Below are positions 37,824-48,033 of a stretch of 64,000 nucleotides of DNA, one piece after another; within the stretch, counting starts at the first letter, position 1, and every line of letters starts with the position of its first letter. The stretch spans positions 16,885 to 80,884 of the forward strand of contig JAUSEG010000017.1 of NCBI GenBank assembly GCA_030650415.1, in the 5' to 3' direction. The stretch is from a bacterium (GTDB taxonomy: Bacteria; Patescibacteriota; Patescibacteriia; Patescibacteriales; GWC2-42-12). Position numbers and translations under genes: made by a program. The notes beneath the pieces are model-generated. The model ran no database searches and was not told where the DNA came from. It worked only from the letters and a program-made list of their open reading frames with translations.

Positions 37824-38262
37824 AGCCGGAGGCTTTTATATTTATAGTAGAGGTTAGATTATTGATGTTTTTTAAGATTACTTGGCCGGCCTGGCTAACG
37901 CCTCCGTAAAAATTGTAATAAACGTAGTTGTTGCTTAGGCCGGTAACTTGCTGGTAGCTTATGTCTGCGTCAAAATTTACGGTTTTAAGCGTAGTCGTAG
38001 CGGTTTCGTCCAGCCTTTGAATCAGATATCTTTTATTGGCGCTGTCAAAATATACGACATGAACTTTTTGCTGCGTGACCGCCAGCTGCTGAGCATATCT
38101 TACGTCGCTAGCTAAATTGCGCGCCGTTCCATGAAGTTTTAAGTTCGGTTGATATTTTTTTATATAAGGCAAAGCTAAGGTGGATAAAAGAATGACAATA
38201 CCAAGCACAACCAACAAATCAATCAGCATGCCGCCTCTGGAATTTTGTTTTAATCGGACCAT
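37807..38262 (-). CDS. FimT/GspH-like minor pilin
   Basis: G|GML+DLLVV; 'L.SD+RYAQ..A'; 'F.G'. Confidence 0.75.
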   Translation of the reverse strand: MVRLKQNSRGGMLIDLLVVLGIVILLSTLALPYIKKYQPNLKLHGTARNLASDVRYAQQLAVTQQKVHVVYFDSANKRYLIQRLDETATTTLKTVNFDADISYQQVTGLSNNYVYYNFYGGVSQAGQVILKNINNLTSTINIKASGYVELP

Positions 38263-38275
38263 GTTATTATATCGG

Positions 38276-39439
38276 TTAAATAGCGGAAGTTAAGGAATAC
38301 ATCGGCATAATAATCGCTACGGCCATGCCGCCGACGACCAAGCCGAGGGTTAAGATTAAAATTGGCTCGATTATCGCCGGTAAATTATTCATAGTTTGAT
38401 CAATTTCTCCTTCATAAAACTCGGCTAATTCTTCAAGCACATAATCAAGTTCTCCGGTTTCCTCGCCGACCGCGATCATCTGGACGATTACCGGCGGAAA
38501 GAGTTTTGGATAATTGCCGACGACTTCGCTGATGGTGCCGCCCTTTTTAATTTTATCGCTCATGGTTAATAAGGCCTCGCGATAATGGGTATTGCCTAAA
38601 ACTTGCGCGGTAATTTGAAAGCTTTTAATAATCATGATGTCGGTTTTTAGGAGCGAACTTATAGTTCTGGCAAAGCGCGCCAAGTTTATTTTTTTTATAA
38701 TCGTACCGAAAATCGGCAGTTTAAGGAGGACGGCGTGAAAAATATATTTGCCCTTGGCCGTGCTTATAAGTTGTTTGAAGATCAAGATAAAAACGACCGC
38801 GCCAATTATATAAAGCGCGCCGTGAGCGACCAAGCTGTCGGAAAATTTAATCAAGATTTTTGTCGGTAAGGGCAGTTCGGCGTTAAAATCTTTAAACATG
38901 CCGGTAATCTTCGGCACCACCGCGACCATCATAAAAATTCCGATGCCGCACATGGCGATTAAGATGACAATCGGATAAGTCAGGGCGCCTTTTACTTTCG
39001 AAACCAGTTCGTGATTTTTTTTAAATTGAACATAGAGTTTTTTTAAAACTTCTTCGAGCTTTCCGGAAATTTCACCCGACTCGACCATATTGACGAACAG
39101 TTGGCCGAAGATTTTTTCATGGGGCCTTAAACTTTCGGTAAAGCTTGTGCCCTTTTCAACGTTTTTTGAGATTTCATTTATTACGCCGGAGAATCTTTTA
39201 TTCTTGGTTTGTTTAGCCAGGGTTTTCAGGGCGATCGATAAGGAGATGCCGGCTTTAAGCATGATTCCCAGATATTGAACGAAAAATAATTTTTCAGAAA
39301 TCGGTATGGTGGTAAATCTTTTGAACCAAAGGCCGACTTTATTGATTTTATCTTTATTTTGGTCGGACTCCTCCGTCGCGGTTGTTTTCGCGTCGGTTTC
39401 TTTTTGCTTTTCGTTTTGACTAGGTAAGTTTATTGGCAT
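38276..39439 (-). CDS. pilC: Type IV pilus platform protein PilC/GspF
   Basis: GE.SGKL, ALTYP, GEETGELD, IEP, I+MPMY. Confidence 0.92.
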   Translation of the reverse strand: MPINLPSQNEKQKETDAKTTATEESDQNKDKINKVGLWFKRFTTIPISEKLFFVQYLGIMLKAGISLSIALKTLAKQTKNKRFSGVINEISKNVEKGTSFTESLRPHEKIFGQLFVNMVESGEISGKLEEVLKKLYVQFKKNHELVSKVKGALTYPIVILIAMCGIGIFMMVAVVPKITGMFKDFNAELPLPTKILIKFSDSLVAHGALYIIGAVVFILIFKQLISTAKGKYIFHAVLLKLPIFGTIIKKINLARFARTISSLLKTDIMIIKSFQITAQVLGNTHYREALLTMSDKIKKGGTISEVVGNYPKLFPPVIVQMIAVGEETGELDYVLEELAEFYEGEIDQTMNNLPAIIEPILILTLGLVVGGMAVAIIMPMYSLTSAI

Positions 39440-39448
39440 ACTTTTATT

Positions 39449-39588
39449 TAAATTCTAAATTAAAAATCCTAAACTCTAAACAAATACAAAATTCTAATGT
39501 TCAAAATTCAAAACGAATAATTATTTTAGTAATTTGGATTTTGGTTATTAGAATTTGTTTAGGATTTAGATATTAGAGTTTAGTTTTT
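39449..39588. repeat. Heptamer-periodic inverted-repeat element (empty version of 2966-3154)
   Basis: aaatcctaaactctaaacaaat... / atttgtttaggatttagatattagagtttag. Confidence 0.75.
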
Positions 39589-39595
39589 TGCCTTT

Positions 39596-41317
39596 TTACT
39601 CCTTAGTTACTCTCATAATTTCTTCGATGGTTGTTATACCGTTTTTGGCTTTAATAAAGCCATCCTCAATTATGGTCAGCATACCCTGTTTTTCCGCTTG
39701 TTTTTTTAGTTCCGCCGGAGCGGCTTTTCTTAAAATCAGTTCGGACATCTCATCGGTAACTTCCAGAGTTTCATAAATGCCCATTCTGCCCTTATAGCCG
39801 GAGCCGGAGCATTGCTTGCAGCCTTTGCCGCGGTAAAAAAGCAAGGATTCAATGCCGCGGCTGGCGTCGTTGATAATTTTTCTTTTTTCCAGGGTTTGCA
39901 TAATATTTTCTAAGTCAAGTTGTTTTTTTAATTCTTCAATTATCTGCTTGTCTAATTTATAGCTTTGAATGCAATTAGGGCAGATTTTTCTAACTAACCT
40001 TTGAGCGATAATTAAGTTGGTAGTAGAAGCCACTAAAAAGGCCGGCACGCCCATATCGGATAGTCTCGGCAGGGTGGTCACGGCGTCGTTAGTGTGTAAA
40101 GAGGACAGCACTAAGTGGCCGGTCATGGCGGCGTGAATGGCGATTTCCGCGGTTTCTTGATCGCGGATTTCTCCGACCATAATTATGTTCGGATCTTGCC
40201 TTAAAAAAGCCCTTAATCCGGAAGCGAAAGTATAGCCGATTTTCGGGTTGACCTGCGACTGGTTAACATGGGGCATGCGGTATTCAATCGGATCTTCGAT
40301 GGTAAGAATGTTAACCTCCGGAGTGTTTAAAATATTCATCACGGTATAGAGCGTGGTGGTTTTTCCCGAGCCGGTCGGTCCGGTGACTAAAGTCATGCCA
40401 TGCGGTTTAGAGATATTTCTTTTGATGGTTTCCAGGGCGGAAGGCTGGAGTCCGAGCTGCTCCAGAGTTAATACTTGAGCTTTTTCATTTAATAAGCGCA
40501 TGACGATTTTTTCACCGTCGAAGGTTGGGATAATGGAAACTCTGAAAGAAACTTTATAGTCTTTAGCGCTTATTTTAAAGCGTCCGTCCTGGGGCAGGCG
40601 ATGCTCATCAACTTTTAAATTGGCCAGAATTTTAATTCTGGCGATTATTCCCGGTTGGACATTTTTCGGCAGGGTCATGACGGTTTTTAAAATTCCGTCA
40701 ATGCGGTAGCGGGCCAGAATATCTTTTTCTTCCGGCTCAATATGAATATCGCTGGCGCCTTCGAAAACCGCGTACTCTAAAAAAGTATCAACGATTCTGA
40801 CGATTGGCAGGTTTTCCGCCAGTTTTTTTAAATCAGTGTCGTTCGGGTCAAGATTTTCGCTGGCTAATTCCTCAAATTCGGCTTTTAAATTTTTATGGTA
40901 TTGTTTTAAAGCTTCATCAAAGCTTTTTGGAGTAGTTAAATATATTCTTGGCAGAAGATTGGTTTTTTTCTTTATAAATTCAAAAATTTCAATATTTTCC
41001 GGATCAAGACAAGCGATTTTTATTTCTTTATCATCGGCGGAGAAGGCGATTATCTGTTGGGTTCCCGCAATCGGCTCGGGGATGCTTAAGAGTACGTCTT
41101 TTCTTATAATTTGGTCTTTTAAATTGATGAATGGCACTTTAAAATAACCGGCCGCGCTTTCGTATAAGGCGTCGGAGGCGATAATTTTTTTTTCAACCAG
41201 GTAGTTTTCTATGTCTTTTCCCAGCCTTTCCGCCTCTTTAATTAATTTTTCGAATTCCGTCGGCGGCATTATATCGGCTCTTTTTAAGATTTTTTTTAAT
41301 TGTTCGTTGGATAGCAT
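39596..41317 (-). CDS. pilB: Type IV pilus assembly ATPase PilB/GspE
   Basis: ASDIHIEP, RLPQDGR, GPTGSGKT, LRQDP, GEIRD, CxxC pairs. Confidence 0.93.
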   Translation of the reverse strand: MLSNEQLKKILKRADIMPPTEFEKLIKEAERLGKDIENYLVEKKIIASDALYESAAGYFKVPFINLKDQIIRKDVLLSIPEPIAGTQQIIAFSADDKEIKIACLDPENIEIFEFIKKKTNLLPRIYLTTPKSFDEALKQYHKNLKAEFEELASENLDPNDTDLKKLAENLPIVRIVDTFLEYAVFEGASDIHIEPEEKDILARYRIDGILKTVMTLPKNVQPGIIARIKILANLKVDEHRLPQDGRFKISAKDYKVSFRVSIIPTFDGEKIVMRLLNEKAQVLTLEQLGLQPSALETIKRNISKPHGMTLVTGPTGSGKTTTLYTVMNILNTPEVNILTIEDPIEYRMPHVNQSQVNPKIGYTFASGLRAFLRQDPNIIMVGEIRDQETAEIAIHAAMTGHLVLSSLHTNDAVTTLPRLSDMGVPAFLVASTTNLIIAQRLVRKICPNCIQSYKLDKQIIEELKKQLDLENIMQTLEKRKIINDASRGIESLLFYRGKGCKQCSGSGYKGRMGIYETLEVTDEMSELILRKAAPAELKKQAEKQGMLTIIEDGFIKAKNGITTIEEIMRVTKE

Positions 41318-41397
41318 GGGATGATAAAGTAAGAAGTTAGAAGTAAATTGATTATTTATATTATACCATAAATTATGTTTTTATGGAAAGGTAGTGT

Positions 41398-41475
41398 CTC
41401 GCAACTCGTAACTCGTAACCCATAACTCAAAATGCGATATTAAAGAGTTACGAGCTATGAGATGTGAGTTGTGAG
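41398..41475. repeat. Heptamer-periodic inverted repeat (ctcgtaa)n/(gagttac)n
   Basis: Similar to 53009-53111. Confidence 0.7.
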
Positions 41476-41519
41476 AAAAAAGGTTGCGAATTATGATATA
41501 AATATGGTAAATTATAGAG

Positions 41520-41933
41520 ATGGTAATTGATTGGTATAAATTATTGAATCATTTTCACCTTGGCCGGGCTAAGCTGGCCGAAGTCGCTTGGTATCTAATC
41601 GGCTTTGTTTATGTGCAAATTTATCTTTTATCTTTATTAAGTTTAAACGCGATTAATTGGTTTTTAGCTTATTATGTTAATAAAAATGTCAGTCAGAGCT
41701 TAGTAGTCTTGCATTATAATGTAAATTTAGGCGTGGATTTAATCGGTAATGTCAGGGATATCTACGTCATTCCTACTCTGGGTCTAGCTTTTATTGTGAT
41801 TAATTTACTTTTATTATTAAATATTTATCGCCGAAACCGATTTTTGATCCATTTATTATTTGGTTTTTCTTTATTGATTAATTTATTTTTAATTGCCAGC
41901 ACAATCTCCATATATTTGATTAATTTTAGGTAA
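41520..41933 (+). CDS. Hypothetical membrane protein
   Basis: 3 TM; 'LHYN+..GVD..G' motif; upstream of mraY. Confidence 0.7.
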   Translation: MVIDWYKLLNHFHLGRAKLAEVAWYLIGFVYVQIYLLSLLSLNAINWFLAYYVNKNVSQSLVVLHYNVNLGVDLIGNVRDIYVIPTLGLAFIVINLLLLLNIYRRNRFLIHLLFGFSLLINLFLIASTISIYLINFR

Positions 41934-41936
41934 TTT

Positions 41937-42986
41937 ATGTTTGATTTTTACATCATTAAAATTTTGCTTCTAACCGCCTCGGCTTTTATTTTTGCTATTC
42001 TTTGGACGCCGCTTTTAACCCATTATCTTTATAAATATAAAATGGGCAAGCAGATCAGGAATAACGGCAGTACGCCGGTTTATACAAAAATGCATGCTCA
42101 TAAGGGCGGTACGCCGACTATGGGCGGGATTTTAGTTTGGCTGACAGTTTTAATTTTTGCTCTGGTGTTTTATTATTTGGGTAAGTTTTTACCTTGGGAA
42201 ATTTTTAAACAGCTTAATTTTTTATCAAGAAGCCAGACCCTCTTGCCTTTGGGCGCTTTAATCGCCACGGCTTTAATCGGTTTGTTTGATGATTGGCTGG
42301 ATGTCAAGGGTAAAGGAATTTTGGGCGGCGGCGGTTTAAGGGTTAAGCATCGTTTGTTAATTTATACGGTAATTGCCGCTGTTGGCGCTTGGTGGTTTTA
42401 TTTTAAATTGGACTGGGATGTTTTCCATGTGCCATTTCTCGGCGATTGGCAATTGGGCTGGCCGTATATTTTAATTTTTATTTTTGTCTTGGTATCCACG
42501 GCTTTTTCGGTCAATGAGACTGATGGCCTGGACGGTTTGGCCGGCGGAGTGCTTTTGATTTGTTTTGCCTCTTTCGGCGTGATCGCTTTTTCCACCGGCA
42601 AATATGATCTAGCCACTTTCTGCGGCGTGATCGCCGGAGCGCTTTTAGCTTTTTTATGGTTTAATATAGCGCCGGCGCGTTTTATAATGGGTGATACCGG
42701 CGCCATGAGTTTAGGCATAACCTTGGGTGTTATTGCTATGTTAACTAACTCGGCGTTGATTCTACCGATTATCGGCCTGGTTTTTGTGATTGAATCAATC
42801 TCCGTGATTTTGCAACTTTCATCTAAAAAAATCAGAGGCAAGAAAATCTTTATTTCTTCGCCAATTCATCACCACTTTGAAGCTATGGGTTGGCCGGAAA
42901 CGAAAATTGTTATGCGTTTTTGGGTCATCGCCGGTATTAGCGCGGCCATCGGCCTGGTGATATTTTTGCTCGATAAGACGATGTAA
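41937..42986 (+). CDS. mraY: Phospho-N-acetylmuramoyl-pentapeptide transferase
   Basis: GTPTMGG, DD, N.TDGLDGLA, MGD.G, P+HHHFE. Confidence 0.96.
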   Translation: MFDFYIIKILLLTASAFIFAILWTPLLTHYLYKYKMGKQIRNNGSTPVYTKMHAHKGGTPTMGGILVWLTVLIFALVFYYLGKFLPWEIFKQLNFLSRSQTLLPLGALIATALIGLFDDWLDVKGKGILGGGGLRVKHRLLIYTVIAAVGAWWFYFKLDWDVFHVPFLGDWQLGWPYILIFIFVLVSTAFSVNETDGLDGLAGGVLLICFASFGVIAFSTGKYDLATFCGVIAGALLAFLWFNIAPARFIMGDTGAMSLGITLGVIAMLTNSALILPIIGLVFVIESISVILQLSSKKIRGKKIFISSPIHHHFEAMGWPETKIVMRFWVIAGISAAIGLVIFLLDKTM

Positions 42987-42990
42987 ATAC

Positions 42991-43077
42991 AAATTTTTAA
43001 TTTTCAATTCTCAATTTTCAATGAATGATCAATTCATTAATTTTCAATTGAAAATTGAGAATTGAAAATTAAAAATT
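42991..43077. repeat. Heptamer-periodic inverted-repeat element
   Basis: aattttcaattctcaattttcaatg...attgaaaattgagaattgaaaatt. Confidence 0.7.
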
Positions 43078-43085
43078 ATTTTGTT

Positions 43086-44225
43086 ATGTCTTCACTTTTT
43101 GCCTGGTTCCATAAAATAATATCTTCAAGCAACAAGCATGATGAAGCCGATAAAGGCCTGCTCATTATTGTCGGAGCAATTTTGGTTTTCGGTCTTATCA
43201 TGCTGGCCAGCGCTTCTTCAATTATTTCTTATAACACCTACCATCAGGATAGCTATTTTATTTTGAAACATCAGCTTTTTGGTTTAATTTTAGGTCTCGG
43301 TTTTTTTTGGTTTTTTTCCAAAGTTGATTATCAAATTTGGCGCAAATACGCTTTATGGATGCTAGTCGCTTCGATCGGCTTGTTGCTGCTGGTTTTTATT
43401 CCCGGGCTCGCCGGCACCTGGGGGACGTCCAAAAGCTGGATAAATGTTTTTGGTTTTTCTTTGCAGCCGTCCGAATTCGTAAAAATTACCTTCTTGCTTT
43501 ATTTAGCCGCTTGGCTGGAAGGCAGGAAAAAACAGCTAGCCGAAGTGTCGCGCGGCATCGGGCCGTTTATGGTTATTTTAGGAGCGATCGCGCTTTTAAT
43601 GATATTGCAGCCGGATATGGGCACTCTAACAATTATCGCTTTGGCGTCGTTCATCGTTTATTTTATCGGCGGCGGCAGCGTAAAACATTTGGTGGCTTTA
43701 GTTTTATTAGGGCTAACGGCTTTAGTTATTATGGTGAATATTTATCCTTATCAGGCTAACCGATTTAAGTGCATGATGGATCCGTCTTTTTCTAAAAAGG
43801 AAATTTGCTATCAGATCAATCAATCTTTAATCGCGGTTGGTTCGGGTGGTTGGTTCGGCCGGGGTTTAGGCGCCTCCAGGCAAAAGTTTTCGTATTTGCC
43901 TCAAGCGCAGAACGACGCGATTTTTCCGATTATCAGCGAGGAGATCGGCTTTATTTTTTCCGTGGGTTTAATTTTATTATATTTAGCCCTGTTTCTTAAG
44001 GGCGTGGCCATCGCTAAAAAAGCGCCGGATGATTTCGGCAAGATTTTAGCTGTCGGCATAGTCAGCTGGATTACTTTGCAGGCCTTGATAAATATCGGCG
44101 GTATGGTTAATATTATGCCCATGACTGGCGTGCCTTTGCCGATGATTAGTTATGGCGGTTCAGCCATGATAGCGGCTCTGGCCTCTATCGGGATATTAGC
44201 TAATATTAGCAAGCAGGGGAAATAG
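43086..44225 (+). CDS. ftsW: SEDS peptidoglycan glycosyltransferase FtsW
   Basis: QPSEF.K, QPD.GT, G.G.S.QK..YLP, P+TG+PLP.+SYGGS; between mraY and murG. Confidence 0.9.
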   Translation: MSSLFAWFHKIISSSNKHDEADKGLLIIVGAILVFGLIMLASASSIISYNTYHQDSYFILKHQLFGLILGLGFFWFFSKVDYQIWRKYALWMLVASIGLLLLVFIPGLAGTWGTSKSWINVFGFSLQPSEFVKITFLLYLAAWLEGRKKQLAEVSRGIGPFMVILGAIALLMILQPDMGTLTIIALASFIVYFIGGGSVKHLVALVLLGLTALVIMVNIYPYQANRFKCMMDPSFSKKEICYQINQSLIAVGSGGWFGRGLGASRQKFSYLPQAQNDAIFPIISEEIGFIFSVGLILLYLALFLKGVAIAKKAPDDFGKILAVGIVSWITLQALINIGGMVNIMPMTGVPLPMISYGGSAMIAALASIGILANISKQGK

Positions 44226-44270
44226 AATTATGAATAATGAATCATGGATTATGATCAATAAGAACTAATT

Positions 44271-44362
44271 GTTATTGCGGACGCTGTTATTGCCCCCTTT
44301 AACAAAGGGGGTTAGGGGGATTTATTTTTTTGTCATGCCGGACTTGATCCGGCATCCAGGAG
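44271..44362. repeat. Cluster of REP-like palindromes
   Basis: ccccctttaacaaaggggg and gtcatgccggacttgatccggcatccag. Confidence 0.7.
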
Positions 44363-44396
44363 GTAGTCGAAATAATTTCGGTTTATCAATTTTTAT

Positions 44397-44792
44397 ATGG
44401 TTAGAAACGTTGCCGTAATAATTCTCTACGAAAAAAATAAAAAAATTTTACTTCAGCATAGAGCCGAAAATGCTAAAAGATTACCAGGATATTGGGGATT
44501 CTTTGGCGGCGGCGTAGAAGCGGGCGAAACGCCTGAGCAGGCGGTGCGCCGAGAAACCAGAGAAGAATTAAATTATGAGTTGGAGAATCCAAAGCTGGTT
44601 ATGACGCAGAAATTTACTTATAAAGGCGATGAAAATACCCAGTATGTGTTTATGGAAGAGTACGATAAAAATAAAAAATTGACGCTGGGCGAAGGGCAAG
44701 GCATGAAGTGGTATGACCTCGCGGAATTAGGCGAATTAAAGATTATAGATCATGACGCGAAAGTTTTAAAATATATTAAGGGCAAATATTAA
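44397..44792 (+). CDS. Nudix hydrolase
   Basis: [21 protein letters not shown]udix box. Confidence 0.92.
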   Translation: MVRNVAVIILYEKNKKILLQHRAENAKRLPGYWGFFGGGVEAGETPEQAVRRETREELNYELENPKLVMTQKFTYKGDENTQYVFMEEYDKNKKLTLGEGQGMKWYDLAELGELKIIDHDAKVLKYIKGKY

Positions 44793-44804
44793 AGAATAAA
44801 TTAT

Positions 44805-45113
44805 ATGGCTAAAAAAATTAAATCAATTCATCCGGGTGAAATATTAAATGAAGAATTTTTAGTTTCTTTTAAGATCAGTCAATATCGTTTAGCTAAAGAT
44901 ATCGGGGTCGCTCCGCGCCGAATTAATGAAATCGTGCACGGTTCACGCGCCATCTCTGCGGACACCGCTCTCCGTTTAGGCAAATATTTTAATATTTCTC
45001 CTCAGTTTTGGCTTAACCTGCAATCGCGTTTTGACTTAGAAACAGAAGCGGAAGAGCTGGTTTACACGTTAAAAAACGAAGTAAAAATATTTAATAATTG
45101 CGTAACAGCTTAA
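44805..45113 (+). CDS. HigA-family antitoxin (orphan)
   Basis: 'HPGEIL.EEFL...RINEIV.G.R.I+ADTALRL...FWLNLQ'. Confidence 0.92.
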   Translation: MAKKIKSIHPGEILNEEFLVSFKISQYRLAKDIGVAPRRINEIVHGSRAISADTALRLGKYFNISPQFWLNLQSRFDLETEAEELVYTLKNEVKIFNNCVTA

Positions 45114-45126
45114 AATATAAAGCAAG

Positions 45127-46380
45127 ATGAATTTTGAAAAAAATTATAAAATACTTTTTACCGGCGGAGGCACAGGCGGATCAGTGGCGCCGCTCTTGGC
45201 TGTGGCCGAGGAGTTGAATAATCCCCCTAACCCCCTTTATCAAGGGGGAAAAAATAAAACCCCCTCTAGCTCCCCCTTGTCAGGGGGAGAATACGAATTT
45301 CTCTGGCTGGGCACGAAGTTCGGGCCGGAGCGAGAGATGGTTGCTTCGGCGAGCTCCCCTCGGCCTGAGCTCGGGACGAAGGCAGCACAGGGGGCCGGAA
45401 TAAAATTTAGAGCGATTAACGGCGGAAAATGGCGACGGTATTTTTCTTTTAAAAATTTGCTGGATGTCGTAAAAATTAAATTAGGTTTCTGGCAAGCCTT
45501 TTTTATAATGTTAAAATGGCGGCCCGATCTGGTGATAAGCGCGGGCAGTTTCGTGAGCGTGCCGGTAATTTGGGCGGCTTGGTTTTTGCGAGCGCCGATT
45601 TTAATTCATCAGCAGGACGCGATGCCCGGGCTGGCTAATAAGTTGATGGCGCCGCTGGCGCGCGCGGTGACGGTTACTTTTGAAAAATCTTTGGCTGATT
45701 ATGGGAAAAAAGCGGTTTGGACCGGCAATCCGGTAAGAAATCAATTAAAAATTACAAATTACAAATTACGAATTAAAAATTTTAAAATTCAAGATGGTTT
45801 GCCAGTTTTATTGGTGTTAGGCGGGGGTACCGGAGCGATGGCAATTAATAAATTAGTGGAAGAGAGTTTAAGTGAATTGACCAAATTTTGCCAAATTATA
45901 CATGTTACAGGCAAGAATAAAAATTCCAGTGTCATTCTGGAGCCGAAGGCGATAGAATCCCATGGCTTAGAGTTGAAACAAGGAGATCCTATCGCTTCGC
46001 TGGCGCTACGCTCCAGGATGACAAACTATTTCGCTTTTGAATTTTTAGACGCGGAACGAATCGCTGGGGCGTTTAAACTGGCTGATGTAGTGGTAACGCG
46101 CGCCGGCCTGGGGTTTTTAACCGAATTATCATTTTTAAGTAAACCAGCCATAATTATTCCACTACCCGATTCACACCAGGAAGCCAACGCCGAGATGTTT
46201 AAAGAAGCGGCCATTGTTTTAGAGCAAAAAGATTTAAACGCTGAAAAATTTGTCGGCGAAATAAAAAATTTAATTGGCGATAAAGAATTGCAAAAGGAGT
46301 TAGGCGAAAAAATCGGGCGAGTGATGAAGCCGGGAGCTAATGAGGCGATGGTGAAGATAATTTTGGAGTTATTGAAATAA
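45127..46380 (+). CDS. murG: MurG glycosyltransferase with in-frame repeat insertions
   Basis: GGGTGG, HQQD..PGLAN, TGNPVR, GGGTGA, RAG, HQE.NA. Confidence 0.93.
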   Translation: MNFEKNYKILFTGGGTGGSVAPLLAVAEELNNPPNPLYQGGKNKTPSSSPLSGGEYEFLWLGTKFGPEREMVASASSPRPELGTKAAQGAGIKFRAINGGKWRRYFSFKNLLDVVKIKLGFWQAFFIMLKWRPDLVISAGSFVSVPVIWAAWFLRAPILIHQQDAMPGLANKLMAPLARAVTVTFEKSLADYGKKAVWTGNPVRNQLKITNYKLRIKNFKIQDGLPVLLVLGGGTGAMAINKLVEESLSELTKFCQIIHVTGKNKNSSVILEPKAIESHGLELKQGDPIASLALRSRMTNYFAFEFLDAERIAGAFKLADVVVTRAGLGFLTELSFLSKPAIIIPLPDSHQEANAEMFKEAAIVLEQKDLNAEKFVGEIKNLIGDKELQKELGEKIGRVMKPGANEAMVKIILELLK

Positions 46381-46385
46381 ATTAT

Positions 46386-46550
46386 ATGGATATAAAATCA
46401 GTTGTTTGGAAAGAAGGCAAACATTATGTTTCGCAATGTTTAGAAGTTGATGTTTCGAGCTTCGGTGAAACCAAAAAAGAAGCTTTAACCATGTTGCAAG
46501 AGGCATTAGAATTATATTTTGAAGATACTCCGGTTTCTAAAAAAATTTAA
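46386..46550 (+). CDS. HicB-family antitoxin-like small protein (possibly truncated)
   Basis: MDIKSVVWKEGKHYVSQCLEVDVSSFGETKKEALTMLQEALELYFED. Confidence 0.8.
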   Translation: MDIKSVVWKEGKHYVSQCLEVDVSSFGETKKEALTMLQEALELYFEDTPVSKKI

Positions 46551-46579
46551 GAAAATTTTAAATATTAAAAAATAATATT

Positions 46580-48028
46580 ATGGATAAAAATATTTTTGGC
46601 AATAAAATAAAATGGATTTGGACCATGAGAAAGTTAAATACGCCCTTATCGGTTTCCTCTTATCCCAAGGGCATAAAAATGGGTCAGGACTCTTTTAAGT
46701 ACCCTCTGCGTTTAAGCGCGACTTGGTATGACTACGGCGACATTTATTTTGACGAGGAGGAGATGAATTTAATCCGTGAATTTTTGAAATATAAAATAAA
46801 AAATGACCCGGCTTATCCTAATAAAATCGCCGAACAAATTTTTTCTTTGTCAAGAAGGATTGACCGATATGATGCCGGAGAGGTTGATAACAAAAATCTC
46901 AAACAGCTCATCGCTTTATTTAAAAACAGCGAAGAGTTATTTTTAAAAATGATTGGCTTTATGAGCTATCGCGGTTCGGTGCAAATGAGCGAGGTTTTAA
47001 GAGAGCAAATAGAGATGGTTTTAAAATACAAGCTTGCCGAAAGCAAGCCATTGAATTTATTCCAAATTTATTTAGAACGGCTTTCTTATCCTCTTTATAA
47101 AAGCGTGGTAGCCGAAGAGAAAAAATTTGTTTTGCGATTGGCAAAAGGCTTTAAAAGAATCTCTGAACAGGGGCGGGAGAAAAGAATAAATTTATATTTG
47201 GAAAAATTTGAGTGGCTCTCTTACCATTGGTTCGTTGGAATATCACCGAGTAAAACGCAAATAAAAGATAAGCTTAACAGGTTATCTTTAAATGTTGATC
47301 GGGAATTAACAAAAATTAAAATTGAACAGAAGAAAAACGAGGGCGAGGTGAAAAAAATTGTTAAAGAACTGAAATTTAGTTCAGCGGAAAAACTTTTGCT
47401 TAAACAATACAGAAGCTGGCTGTTTTTACGGACTTATGTAAAAGACAACCTTAATAAAATGGCTTTTAAGTCATTGCCGATCCTCTATGCCATTGCCGAG
47501 CAAAAACAAATTGAGCCTAAATTAATTCCTTTTTTGACATCAGAAGAAATTTATAATATTGAAAGTCTCGCAGCCAAGGAAATTAATAAATTAATCAATG
47601 AACGAAAAAATGGTTTTAGCGCCGGGATTATTGAAAATAAATTTAGTTTCCGAGCATTTAATAAAATGGCGGCACTCGAGAAAAACATAGATGAAACTAA
47701 AATTAAAGGATCAATCGCTTTTAAGGGTATAGTTCAAGGCATTGTAAAAGTTATTATGTCGCCCAAAGAACAAGGTGAACTTAAAAAAGGTGAAATTTTA
47801 GTTACTTCTATGACCACTCCGGATTTACTGCCGGCTATGGAACGAGCGATCGCTTTTGTTACTGACGAGGGTGGTATTACTTGCCATGCCGCAATTGTAG
47901 CGCGAGAAATGAAAAAGCCTTGCATAATTGGAACTAAGACAGCAACAAAAATTTTAAGAAATGGAGATCTTGTGGAAGTTGACGCGATAAATGGTTATGT
48001 AAATATAATTAAACGAAATGATGAATAA
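46580..48028 (+). CDS. PEP-utilizing enzyme mobile (phosphohistidine) domain protein
   Basis: C-terminal 'GEILVT.MT.P...VTDEGGITCHAAIVARE..KPC++G'. Confidence 0.85.
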   Translation: MDKNIFGNKIKWIWTMRKLNTPLSVSSYPKGIKMGQDSFKYPLRLSATWYDYGDIYFDEEEMNLIREFLKYKIKNDPAYPNKIAEQIFSLSRRIDRYDAGEVDNKNLKQLIALFKNSEELFLKMIGFMSYRGSVQMSEVLREQIEMVLKYKLAESKPLNLFQIYLERLSYPLYKSVVAEEKKFVLRLAKGFKRISEQGREKRINLYLEKFEWLSYHWFVGISPSKTQIKDKLNRLSLNVDRELTKIKIEQKKNEGEVKKIVKELKFSSAEKLLLKQYRSWLFLRTYVKDNLNKMAFKSLPILYAIAEQKQIEPKLIPFLTSEEIYNIESLAAKEINKLINERKNGFSAGIIENKFSFRAFNKMAALEKNIDETKIKGSIAFKGIVQGIVKVIMSPKEQGELKKGEILVTSMTTPDLLPAMERAIAFVTDEGGITCHAAIVAREMKKPCIIGTKTATKILRNGDLVEVDAINGYVNIIKRNDE

Positions 48029-48033
48029 ATCAT

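Noticed and set aside
43062..43085. TTG start for ftsW
   Set aside because: Lies within the heptamer repeat arm; ATG 43086 preferred
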